Assembly (NCBI GenBank): GCA_046260695.1
Contig: JBHEOS010000002.1
Coordinates: 13,822 to 77,821 of the forward strand
Reading direction: 5' to 3'
Length of the DNA stretch: 64,000 bases
Source: Gammaproteobacteria bacterium
Lineage (GTDB): Bacteria; Pseudomonadota; Gammaproteobacteria; Thiohalobacterales; Thiohalobacteraceae
Positions 12,457-20,999 of the stretch are shown piece after piece (position 1 is the first letter of the stretch; each line of letters opens with the position of its first letter). Under the pieces are notes generated by a model, which had not been told where the DNA came from, did no database searches, and was given only the letters and a program-made list of their open reading frames with translations. The position numbers and the translations under genes are program-made.

Positions 12457-14442
12457 CTATCCCGCCGCCGCGAACGGCTCGGCCGCCACATCCGGCAGCG
12501 GCCGCCGCATCACGGCGTGCAAGCGATCGAGGGTCTCGATCTCCTGACGCAGCTCGCGGTCCACAGCGTCGAGTTCTTCGAGCTTGCCTTCCAGGGTATC
12601 GCGCGATTCGCTGATGCGGCGCAGGGTGTCCAGGCGTTTCTCCATCACCCGCTTGTGATCCTTGATCTGCTGTACCAGCGGGTTCATGACCTCCTTGAGC
12701 CAGGCGTCCGCCTCCTGGTTGGCGCGGAAGAACACGCCGCGCGCCTGGCTGACCATCGAGATGAAGAATTTCTTGATCAGAAAACCCTGTTCGGTCATGG
12801 CCGTGACCGGGCTGTTGCGGAAGGTATCGGCCTCCCCCAGCAGGCGGTGCAGTTCGATGTTGTACTGCTCGACCGAGAACACCTTGGGGGTGACGGCGGG
12901 CAGGCCGTGCTCCTCGTGGAATTTGCGGTAGGTGGCGCGAATCAGGCCGCGGGTCTGTTCGGCCTGCTGGGCGACCTGGTCCATGGTCTCGCGCGCGCCT
13001 TCGAAGAAGGACAGCATGGCCCGCTTCAGGCCGTGCGTGGTCCAGGCGCCGGTCATGTCCTCGCGGGTCTTGTTGATGAGTTTGTCGAAGGCATCCAGGC
13101 TCAACGCGTCGAGCATGGTCTTGGCCGAGCTCTGCAGCACCCGGCGGCTGGACTGAAAGCCTTCCACGTTGCGCAGATAGGTGGCCTGTTCCTCGCGCGA
13201 TTTTTTCATCAGGTGTTCGATCACGTCCGCGTTCTTGCCGCGCAGGGCGCTCAGATTTTCCCGCTCGCGTGCGGTCTGCGTGCGGCGGTTGTTGAGCAGG
13301 CTGCGGGTCTGTTCCAGCAGACCGCCGATCTCTCTGAGGATGTGCTCGCGCAGGACCTCGAGTTTGTTGGGCAGCACCTCATCGGCAAGAAACGCCTCCA
13401 GCGCCGGTAGACGGCTGCGTTCGAGCAGCTCGGCGTCGCCGCGGACCTTGCCGACCAGCCCCTTCTGGGCTGAGACCGGGAAGATCCGCTCGGCGTCGAC
13501 GCTGAGCAGTTCCGCGACCTTGCGGCACTGCGCGTCGACGCTGGCCTCGATGGCGTGCTGATCCTTGAGGTCGTCCCACAGGGTGTCGATCTTGTTCAGG
13601 GCGACGGCCAGGTGTTTGTTGTGCGGACTGTGGCTGCCGGGCTGGACATGGTGCTCCCAGATGTCCATGTCGGAGCGGGTCACGCCGGTGTCGGCGGCGA
13701 GCACGAACAGCAGCGCCTGGGCGGCCGGCAGCATGTTCATGGTCAGCTCCGGCTCGGTGCCCAGGGCGTTCAGGCCGGGCGTGTCCAGGATCACCAGCCC
13801 CTGTTCGAGCAACGGGTGCGGGAAGCTGATCAGGGCGTGCCGCCACATCGGGATCTCGACCTGCGCGGGCAATTCACCGGTCTTCTTGTACTGCGGGTCC
13901 AGGGCCTCGTCGTATAGGCCCAGCGCGCGGGCGACCATCAGGGGCACCCGCTTGGTCTTGGTCACCTCGCGTAGCGTCTCGGCCATCTGCCCGGGCGAAG
14001 CGGTGTCCAGCGGCAGGGAGACCCACTGGTGATGATCGGTCTTGTAATCGCTGATGGAACGTTCCTCGCGGCGGGTCTCGATCGGCAGCAGGCGCAGATA
14101 GGCCTGGCCGGTCTCGCGGTCGTAGAACAGCTCGCTGGGACACATGGTGGTGCGCCCGGCCTCGGACGGCAGCAGGCGCTGACCGTAGTGGGCGAAGAAG
14201 ATGGCGTTGATCAGCTCGGTCTTGCCGCGTGAAAACTCGGCCACGAAGGCCAGCGTCAGACGGTCCTTGCGCAGTGCCTCCAGTGTTTCATAGAGGCGCA
14301 GGTCGTCTTCGCTCTCGCTGAGGCCGCGCGCGTCGAGCCAGCGTTGGAATTCTTCCAGGGCCTGCAGCACGCCCGCCTTCCAGGCGGCGTAGGCGCGCAT
14401 GCGCAGACCGAACTGATCCTGTGTCATTCGTGTGATCCCCAT
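12457..14442 (-). CDS. Dynamin-family large GTPase (bacterial dynamin-like protein)
   Basis: G1 AEFSRGKT, G3 DTPG and G4 NKID, followed by a long helical/coiled-coil stalk. There is an alternative ATG at 14427. Confidence 0.85.
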   Translation of the reverse strand: MGITRMTQDQFGLRMRAYAAWKAGVLQALEEFQRWLDARGLSESEDDLRLYETLEALRKDRLTLAFVAEFSRGKTELINAIFFAHYGQRLLPSEAGRTTMCPSELFYDRETGQAYLRLLPIETRREERSISDYKTDHHQWVSLPLDTASPGQMAETLREVTKTKRVPLMVARALGLYDEALDPQYKKTGELPAQVEIPMWRHALISFPHPLLEQGLVILDTPGLNALGTEPELTMNMLPAAQALLFVLAADTGVTRSDMDIWEHHVQPGSHSPHNKHLAVALNKIDTLWDDLKDQHAIEASVDAQCRKVAELLSVDAERIFPVSAQKGLVGKVRGDAELLERSRLPALEAFLADEVLPNKLEVLREHILREIGGLLEQTRSLLNNRRTQTARERENLSALRGKNADVIEHLMKKSREEQATYLRNVEGFQSSRRVLQSSAKTMLDALSLDAFDKLINKTREDMTGAWTTHGLKRAMLSFFEGARETMDQVAQQAEQTRGLIRATYRKFHEEHGLPAVTPKVFSVEQYNIELHRLLGEADTFRNSPVTAMTEQGFLIKKFFISMVSQARGVFFRANQEADAWLKEVMNPLVQQIKDHKRVMEKRLDTLRRISESRDTLEGKLEELDAVDRELRQEIETLDRLHAVMRRPLPDVAAEPFAAAG

Positions 14443-14561
14443 GTGCGTGGTCGACAGACACTCGACGGTCCGGCCGCAGGCTGTCCCCGACAGCCACCTA
14501 GCGACCGGCGGCGGGGATTCTTGAGTCAGACAAACAGTGGCTTAGGTATGCCGCCGGCATG

Positions 14562-14867
14562 TCACGGCGCGGGGCGCGGCGGGATGCCTTCGGGCAGGCA
14601 GCGTGGGTCGTGGATGCGCAGGCGCTTGTCGCGGGCACCGCTGCCGGCCAGCAGCTCGACCGCACCGAGGGGCACGGCGAAGCATTCGGCCAGGTAACGG
14701 ATCAGGTGACTGTTGGCGCGGCCTTCGAGCGGCGGGGCGGTGATACGGATCTTCAGCCGGTCGCCGTGCGGGCCGACGATTGCGTCCTGGTGGGCGCGCG
14801 GCTGGACATGCACGGCCAGCCACAGATCCGGCCCCTCCCAGCGGCACCACGCCGGCGGCGCGTTCAC
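14562..14867 (-). CDS. yggU: DUF167 (YggU) family protein
   Basis: The sequence LAVHVQPRA..D.I....GDRLKIRITAPPLEGRAN..LIRYLAE is typical of the YggU family. It is adjacent to yggT. Confidence 0.85.
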   Translation of the reverse strand: MNAPPAWCRWEGPDLWLAVHVQPRAHQDAIVGPHGDRLKIRITAPPLEGRANSHLIRYLAECFAVPLGAVELLAGSGARDKRLRIHDPRCLPEGIPPRPAP

Positions 14868-14875
14868 CGGCGGGA

Positions 14876-15442
14876 TCAGCCGGCCGGCAGGGCCAGCAGG
14901 GGCACCACCAGCCGGCGGACGACCTCCAGCAACAGGATCGCCAGCAGCGGCGACAGGTCCAGGCCGCTGATCGGCGGCAGCAGCCGGCGCACCGGTCGCA
15001 GCACCGGCTCGGTCAGCGAATGCAGCAGGTTGACCGCCGGGTTGTAGGCGCCGGGATTGACCCAGCTGAGGATGGCCTGGATCAGGATGCCGTAGATGAA
15101 GACCTTGAACGCCAGGTCGACCAGCTCGGCCAGGCTGATGAACACCAGGGCCAGCAGGCTGATGCCGCCGCCGCGCAGCAACAGGATCAGGGCGATGCCG
15201 AGCATCTGTACCGCCAGCATCAACAGCACCGAGGCCAGGTCGATGCCGCCCACCGAGGGGATCAGTCGGCGCAGCGGCACCAGCAGCGGGTTGGTGACCT
15301 TGACCAGGAATTGGCTGACCGGGTTGTAGAAGTCCGCCCGCACCCGGGCCAGCAGGAAGCGCAGCATCAGCACCAGCACATACAGGCTGAACAGGGTGTT
15401 GATCACGAATTCGAGGGGGCTGGTGAAGTAGCCGGGACCCAT
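14876..15442 (-). CDS. yggT: YggT family membrane protein
   Basis: Duplicated YGGT repeat (NPVSQFLVKVTNPLLVPLRRLIP and NPAVNLLHSLTEPVLRPVRRLLP). Start moved to ATG 15442. Confidence 0.85.
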   Translation of the reverse strand: MGPGYFTSPLEFVINTLFSLYVLVLMLRFLLARVRADFYNPVSQFLVKVTNPLLVPLRRLIPSVGGIDLASVLLMLAVQMLGIALILLLRGGGISLLALVFISLAELVDLAFKVFIYGILIQAILSWVNPGAYNPAVNLLHSLTEPVLRPVRRLLPPISGLDLSPLLAILLLEVVRRLVVPLLALPAG

Positions 15443-15446
15443 GGCT

Positions 15447-16271
15447 TCACTTACCCAATTGATCGGCCAGTTCGCGCGAGCGGTCGCGTGCGCTGGCCAA
15501 GGCACGGGCCATCAGCTCGCGCAGGCCACCGTCCTCCAGCACCTGCAAGGCGCACTCGGTGGTGCCGCCCGGTGAGGTCACGCGCTGGCGCAGAACGGCC
15601 GCGTCCTCGGCGCTTTCCAAGGCCATCTTGGCGGCGCCGAAGGCGGTCTGCAGGGTCAGCAGGCGGGCCGCCTCGGCGGGCAGGCCGAGCCGTTCGCCGG
15701 CCGCCTGCAGGGCCTCCATGACCAGGAACAGATAGGCGGGCCCGCTGCCGGACAGGGCGGTGACCGCATCCATCAGTTCCTCCCGGTCCAGCCACAGGGT
15801 CAGTCCGACCGCGCGCAGGATGCTCTCGGCCCGGTTGCGCTGCTCGGTGCTGACGCGCGGGTTGGCGAACAGTGCCGTGGCACCACTCTGCACCAGGGCC
15901 GGGGTGTTGGGCATGCCGCGCACAATCGCGTTGTCGCCGCCCAGCCAGCGGTCCAGATCGGCCACGCGGATACCCGCGGCGATACTGATGACCAGTGGCC
16001 GATGGGTCTGCACCGCCGCGGCGATCTCCTGGGCGACCGGGCGCATCACCTGGGGTTTGACCGCCAGCACCACCACGTCGGCGGCCTGCACCGCCGCGAC
16101 ATTCTCCGCGTCGGTGGCGATGCCCGCGTGCTGGGTCAGGGTGGCGCGCTGATCGGGATCGGGGTCGGCGGCGCGGATGCGCTCGGCCGGCCAGCCGTCG
16201 GCGATCAACCCGCCGATCAGGCTGCGGGCCATGTTGCCGGCGCCGATGAAACTTATGTGGGGTGGATTCAT
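15447..16271 (-). CDS. proC: Pyrroline-5-carboxylate reductase
   Basis: N-terminal Rossmann motif ISFIGAGNMA and the C-terminal P5CR dimerisation domain (TSPGGTT). Confidence 0.95.
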   Translation of the reverse strand: MNPPHISFIGAGNMARSLIGGLIADGWPAERIRAADPDPDQRATLTQHAGIATDAENVAAVQAADVVVLAVKPQVMRPVAQEIAAAVQTHRPLVISIAAGIRVADLDRWLGGDNAIVRGMPNTPALVQSGATALFANPRVSTEQRNRAESILRAVGLTLWLDREELMDAVTALSGSGPAYLFLVMEALQAAGERLGLPAEAARLLTLQTAFGAAKMALESAEDAAVLRQRVTSPGGTTECALQVLEDGGLRELMARALASARDRSRELADQLGK

Positions 16272-16317
16272 GGGCGGCTATTCTGGCCGCAAACCGCAGC
16301 CGGCGCAAAACCCCGGC

Positions 16318-17013
16318 TCAGCCCCGCGCACCGAACAGGGCGCTGCCGACGCGCACCAGGGTCGCGCCCTCGGTAATCGCCGCCTCCAGATCGTCGGACA
16401 TGCCCATCGATAAGGTGTCCAGCGCATAACCCGCGGCGTTCAGTGCGTCGCGCATGTCCGATAGCCGACGGAAGGCGGCGCGCTGGGCGGCCAGCACCGG
16501 GGTCGGCGCCGGGATGGCCATCAGCCCGCACAGCCGCAGCCGCGGCAAGGCGACGACCGCCTGCGCCAGGGTGTCGAGCTGGTCCGGGGATACGCCGGAC
16601 TTGCGGGCCTCGCCGCTGAGGTTGACCTGCAGACAGACGGCCAGCGGCGGTAAGCCGGCCGGGCGTTGGTCGTTCAGGCGCTGCGCGAGTTTCAGCCGGT
16701 CGAGGCTGTGTACCCAGGCGAAGCGTTCGGCGATGGGCCGGGTCTTGTTGGCCTGCAGCGGCCCGAGGTAGTGCCACTCGGGGGCCGGGTCGGTCAGGGC
16801 GGCGAGCTTGGGCAGGGCCTCGCGCAGGTAGGACTCGCCGAAACACGTCTGCCCGGCGGCCTGGGCGGCGCGCAGGTCCTCCACCGGAAATCCCTTGCTC
16901 ACCGCCAGCAGGCGCACCGAGGCCGGGTCCCGGCCACAGGCCCGGGCCGCCGCGGCGATCCGCGCGCGTACCGCCTGCACCCGCTCTGAGATCTGCCGTT
17001 CACGGTCTGACAT
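16318..17013 (-). CDS. yggS: YggS-family pyridoxal-phosphate homeostasis protein
   Basis: Alanine-racemase N-terminal-like fold with the PLP lysine context VRLLAVSKGF. The yggS-proC-yggT order is conserved. Confidence 0.93.
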   Translation of the reverse strand: MSDRERQISERVQAVRARIAAAARACGRDPASVRLLAVSKGFPVEDLRAAQAAGQTCFGESYLREALPKLAALTDPAPEWHYLGPLQANKTRPIAERFAWVHSLDRLKLAQRLNDQRPAGLPPLAVCLQVNLSGEARKSGVSPDQLDTLAQAVVALPRLRLCGLMAIPAPTPVLAAQRAAFRRLSDMRDALNAAGYALDTLSMGMSDDLEAAITEGATLVRVGSALFGARG

Positions 17014-17237
17014 GGGGTATGGCTATACTTTCCCGCGCGTTGGTCGCTGGATCTGGCAACAGGCTGCATCGCCCGATCAAGGCATGGGCGGCGTGGACGC
17101 TATTATTGAGCATTGCCGGATAGCGTGACAGGTGTCAGGCAGCGTAAGGCCAGGCTCAATAGATAGAAAGAACGCGCCGTTCAGCGTGACCGGGCGGCGC
17201 GTGACGGTCAAGCACACTTGAAGTTCAGGGGATAGGC

Positions 17238-18275
17238 ATGGATATCGCAGAACTGCTCGCCTTCGGCGTCAAGAACAACGCCTCCGATTTGCACCTCTCC
17301 GCCGGCCTGCCGCCGATGATCCGCGTGGACGGCGACATCCGCCGCATCAACGTGCCGGCGCTGGATCACAAACAGGTGCATGCGCTGGTCTACGACATCA
17401 TGAACGACAAGCAGCGCAAGGATTTCGAGGAATTCCTGGAGACCGACTTCTCCTTCGAGATCCCCAATCTGGCGCGTTTCCGCGTCAATGCCTTCAACCA
17501 CAACCGCGGCGCCGGCGGGGTGTTCCGGACCATTCCGTCCAAGATCATGAGTCTGGAAGACCTGCGCTGCCCGCCGGTGTTCAAGGAGATCGCCGACCAG
17601 CCGCGCGGCATCGTGCTGGTGACCGGTCCGACCGGTTCCGGTAAATCGACCACGCTGGCGGCGATGATGAATCACGTCAACGAATCGCGCTTCGAGCACA
17701 TCCTGACCATCGAGGACCCGATCGAGTTCGTCCACGAATCCAAGAAGTGCCTGATCAACCAGCGCGAGGTGCATCGCGATACCTTGGGCTTCTCCGAGGC
17801 GCTGCGCTCGGCCCTGCGTGAGGACCCGGACATCATCCTGGTCGGCGAAATGCGCGACCTGGAGACCATCCGCCTGGCGCTGACCGCGGCCGAGACCGGC
17901 CATCTGGTGTTCGGTACCCTGCACACCAGCTCCGCCGCCAAGACCATCGACCGCATCATCGACGTGTTCCCGGCGGCCGAGAAATCCATGGTCCGTTCGA
18001 TGCTGTCGGAATCCCTGCGCGCGGTGATCTCCCAGTCCCTGCTCAAGCGCGTCGGTGGCGGGCGTATCGCCGCGCACGAGATCATGATCGGCACCCCGGC
18101 CATTCGCAACCTGATCCGCGAGGACAAGGTGGCGCAGATGTATTCGTCCATCCAGACCGGCCAGCAGTACGGCATGCAGACCCTCGATCAGAACCTGCAA
18201 GAGATCGTGCAGAAGGGCGTCGTCACCAAGGCCGATGCGCGCAGCAAGGCGGCCAACAAGGAGTTGTTCCGCTAG
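17238..18275 (+). CDS. pilT: Type IV pilus retraction ATPase PilT
   Basis: Walker A GPTGSGKST, Asp/His boxes and the PilT signature AIRNLIRE. Confidence 0.95.
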   Translation: MDIAELLAFGVKNNASDLHLSAGLPPMIRVDGDIRRINVPALDHKQVHALVYDIMNDKQRKDFEEFLETDFSFEIPNLARFRVNAFNHNRGAGGVFRTIPSKIMSLEDLRCPPVFKEIADQPRGIVLVTGPTGSGKSTTLAAMMNHVNESRFEHILTIEDPIEFVHESKKCLINQREVHRDTLGFSEALRSALREDPDIILVGEMRDLETIRLALTAAETGHLVFGTLHTSSAAKTIDRIIDVFPAAEKSMVRSMLSESLRAVISQSLLKRVGGGRIAAHEIMIGTPAIRNLIREDKVAQMYSSIQTGQQYGMQTLDQNLQEIVQKGVVTKADARSKAANKELFR

Positions 18276-18321
18276 GCGCCGGTCGGACTTGGGACTGATC
18301 TACTGCGCCGGCTAATACGCC

Positions 18322-19440
18322 ATGGACATGCGGATTCTGCTCGAAACGATGGTGGCCCAGCGGGCCTCCGACCTGTTCATCACCGTGGGCCTGCCGCCCA
18401 GCCTCAAGGTCGACGGCCGCATCGACCCCCTGGCGTATCCCCCACTGACGCCCGAGCAGGCCGACGGCCTGGTCGCCTCGGTGATGTCCGAGGCCCAGCG
18501 CGCCGAGTTCGCCCAGGAGCACGAGTGCAATTTCGCGATCAGTGATCCGGCGCACGGCCGCTTCCGGGTCAGCGCCTTCCGCCAGCGCGGCGATGCGGGG
18601 ATGGTGTTGCGCCGGATCGAGGGCGAGATCCCGACCCTGGAATCGCTGCACCTGCCGCCGGTCATCGCCAGCCTGGCCATGGCCAAGCGCGGCCTGGTGA
18701 TCTTCGTCGGCGGGACCGGCTCCGGCAAGTCGACCTCGCTGGCGGCCATGATCGGGCACCGCAACCGCCACGGCAGCGGCCACATCGTGACCCTGGAAGA
18801 TCCCATCGAATTCGTGCACACGCACGCCGGCTGCATCATCACCCAGCGCGAGGTCGGCCTGGATACCGCGTCCTACGCGGTCGGCCTGAAGAACACCCTG
18901 CGCCAGGCGCCGGACGTGATCCTGATCGGCGAGATCCGCACCCGCGAGGCCATGGACCACGCGATCGCCTTCGCCGAGACCGGCCACCTGTGCCTGTCGA
19001 CCCTGCACGCCAACAACGCCAACCAGGCCCTGGACCGGATCATCAACTTCTTCCCCGAGGACCGCCGCAACCAGTTGTTGATGGACCTGGCCTTCAACCT
19101 CAAGGCCGTGGTCGCGCAGCAGCTGATCCCGAGCGCCAGCGGCGGCCGTCGCCGGGCCGCCGTGGAGGTGTTGCTCAACACCCCGCTGGCGGCCGAGCAG
19201 ATACGCCTGGGCGAGATTCACAAGCTCAAGGAGCTGATGAGCCGCTCCACCCAGCAGGGCATGTCGACCTTCGACCGGTCCCTGTTCGAGCTGCACAAGG
19301 AGGGCGCGATCAGCTACGACGAGGCGATCCGCCACGCCGATTCGACCAACGAGGTGCGGCTGATGATCAAGCTCGACGAGGAGGACCCTGCCAAACTCGC
19401 CGATGCCCTGGCCGGCGTGTCGCTGCAGGATCTGCGTTAG
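18322..19440 (+). CDS. pilU: Type IV pilus ATPase PilU
   Basis: PilT paralogue with Walker A GGTGSGKST, immediately downstream of pilT. Confidence 0.92.
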   Translation: MDMRILLETMVAQRASDLFITVGLPPSLKVDGRIDPLAYPPLTPEQADGLVASVMSEAQRAEFAQEHECNFAISDPAHGRFRVSAFRQRGDAGMVLRRIEGEIPTLESLHLPPVIASLAMAKRGLVIFVGGTGSGKSTSLAAMIGHRNRHGSGHIVTLEDPIEFVHTHAGCIITQREVGLDTASYAVGLKNTLRQAPDVILIGEIRTREAMDHAIAFAETGHLCLSTLHANNANQALDRIINFFPEDRRNQLLMDLAFNLKAVVAQQLIPSASGGRRRAAVEVLLNTPLAAEQIRLGEIHKLKELMSRSTQQGMSTFDRSLFELHKEGAISYDEAIRHADSTNEVRLMIKLDEEDPAKLADALAGVSLQDLR

Positions 19441-19455
19441 CGGCCAGCGGGTGGC

Positions 19456-20346
19456 TCAGGCGGGAAACACCTGCCGGGCATCGAATACCGGACCGTCCAC
19501 GCAGACGCGTTTCATGGCCGGGCCCTGGGCGGTCTCCACGCGCACCGTGCAGCCGGCGCAGCCGCCGACCGCGCAGGCCATGAACTCCTCCAACGACACC
19601 TGGCAGGGCAGATCGAATTCGCGCGCGAGTCTCGCGGTGGCCGCGAGCATCGGCTGCGGGCCGCAGGCGAACAGCGCCACCTCCGCGCGCTGCGCGGGTC
19701 CCAGGCCGTTCAGCCAGGCGCGCGCCAGCTCGGTGATGTAGCCCTCGAAGCAGCCGGGATAGCCCCTCAGGCTGGCCAGCCGCGAGGCCACGCCCCAGTC
19801 CTCCAGCAGCGGCATGGCCGCGATCACCCCCTCAGGCAGTCCGGGCACCAGGATGCGCGAGGGCCGCGCCGCGAACGGGAACGGCACCTCGGAGCCCATC
19901 AGTACCAGTGGCCGCCAATGCGGGTCCGCCTTCAGCACCTCGGCCAGAAACAGCATCGGCGGGATGCCGACCCCGCCCCCCAGCAGCAGCGGGCGGGGCC
20001 GCTCGCGCTGCGGCACGAACGGCACGCCGATCGGCCCCAGTACGCTGAGCTGTTCGCCGACCTGGCGTTGCGCCAGCCGGCGCGTGCCCTGGCCGACCGC
20101 CTTGTACAGAAATTCCACCCACCCGGCCCGCGGCTCGACCCGCATGATCGACAGCGGCCGGCGCATCGGCAGCTCGGGGCCGCAGTTGAGGTGCGCGAAG
20201 CTGCCCGGCCGCGCATGGGCGGCGCACTGCGGCGCCTGCACGCGCAGGACGTATTGATCCCCGGGGTGGGCCTGATGCGCGAGCACCGTGGCCTCCTCAG
20301 CGAAGATCGTGCCGCGGTGCGGGCGGGATTCGGTGGGCGGGGTCAT
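19456..20346 (-). CDS. PyrK-like FAD/NAD(P)-binding, 2Fe-2S electron-transfer flavoprotein
   Basis: RRPLSI (FAD) motif, GGGVGIPP (NAD) motif, and a C-terminal cysteine cluster CAVGGCAGC...C typical of dihydroorotate dehydrogenase B electron-transfer subunit relatives. No pyrD-type partner is adjacent. Confidence 0.8.
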   Translation of the reverse strand: MTPPTESRPHRGTIFAEEATVLAHQAHPGDQYVLRVQAPQCAAHARPGSFAHLNCGPELPMRRPLSIMRVEPRAGWVEFLYKAVGQGTRRLAQRQVGEQLSVLGPIGVPFVPQRERPRPLLLGGGVGIPPMLFLAEVLKADPHWRPLVLMGSEVPFPFAARPSRILVPGLPEGVIAAMPLLEDWGVASRLASLRGYPGCFEGYITELARAWLNGLGPAQRAEVALFACGPQPMLAATARLAREFDLPCQVSLEEFMACAVGGCAGCTVRVETAQGPAMKRVCVDGPVFDARQVFPA

Positions 20347-20397
20347 CGGCTCGGGGCATTCCTGGGTCGCGTGGGGGTGGCGTGGGCGCGCGGGCGG

Positions 20398-20979
20398 TTA
20401 TTCGCTGACCCGCAGGAGGATCGCGTCGAGCCGGTTTTCTTTCAGGCGGGCGCGCGCGGCGTTGAGGGCATTGAGGTCCTTGAAGGGGCCGACCCGCACG
20501 CGGTGCCAGGTCTCGCGGTTGTCGATGGTGACGACCTGGATCTCGGACTTCAGGCCCAGCAGGGCGAGCCGGGCCTTGAGTTGGTCGGCCTGTGGGTGGC
20601 TGCGGAACGAGCCGGCCTGCAATACATAGGTGCCGGGCGCCTCGACCGGGCGCACGCCCTCGCGGGTTTTTTCAGGCAGCGACTGTTCGGGGACGACCAC
20701 CTCCATGCCCGGCAGGATGGTGTAGAAGTCGTAACGCGGCTTGGGCGGCGGCGGTACCGGCGCGGGCGTGGTCTTTTTCACGTCGCGCGCCTCCTGGCCG
20801 GACAGCGGGCGGGCGGGCCCCGGCTGGGGCGCGTCTGCCGGCGCCCGCGGGGATTGCTGCAAATACCCCAGGAAGGCGACCAGCAGGCCGAGCGCCAGCC
20901 CGGCCAGCAGCCACAGCCAGCCCGGCACGGCCGGGCGGCGATGGCGGGGGGTGGCGCGGTGTTTGTAATCCTTGGCCAT
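20398..20979 (-). CDS. SPOR domain-containing membrane protein (FtsN/DedD-like)
   Basis: Start at ATG 20979 (MAKDYKHR..). One TM helix (WLWLLAGLALGLLVAFLGYL), a Pro-rich linker and a C-terminal SPOR domain (YVLQAGSFRSHPQADQLKARLALLG...WHRVRVGPF). The rest of ORF 20398..21801 is a shadow over argS. Confidence 0.8.
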   Translation of the reverse strand: MAKDYKHRATPRHRRPAVPGWLWLLAGLALGLLVAFLGYLQQSPRAPADAPQPGPARPLSGQEARDVKKTTPAPVPPPPKPRYDFYTILPGMEVVVPEQSLPEKTREGVRPVEAPGTYVLQAGSFRSHPQADQLKARLALLGLKSEIQVVTIDNRETWHRVRVGPFKDLNALNAARARLKENRLDAILLRVSE

Positions 20980-20999
20980 GGCGGCGTGTGGCCGTGTGT

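Noticed and set aside
17054-17069. Sigma54-like promoter TGGCAACAGGCTGCAT upstream of pilT.
   Set aside because: The GG and GC dinucleotides are separated by 9 nt rather than the strict 10 nt. The -12 element also lacks the TTGC context, so this is probably a chance match.
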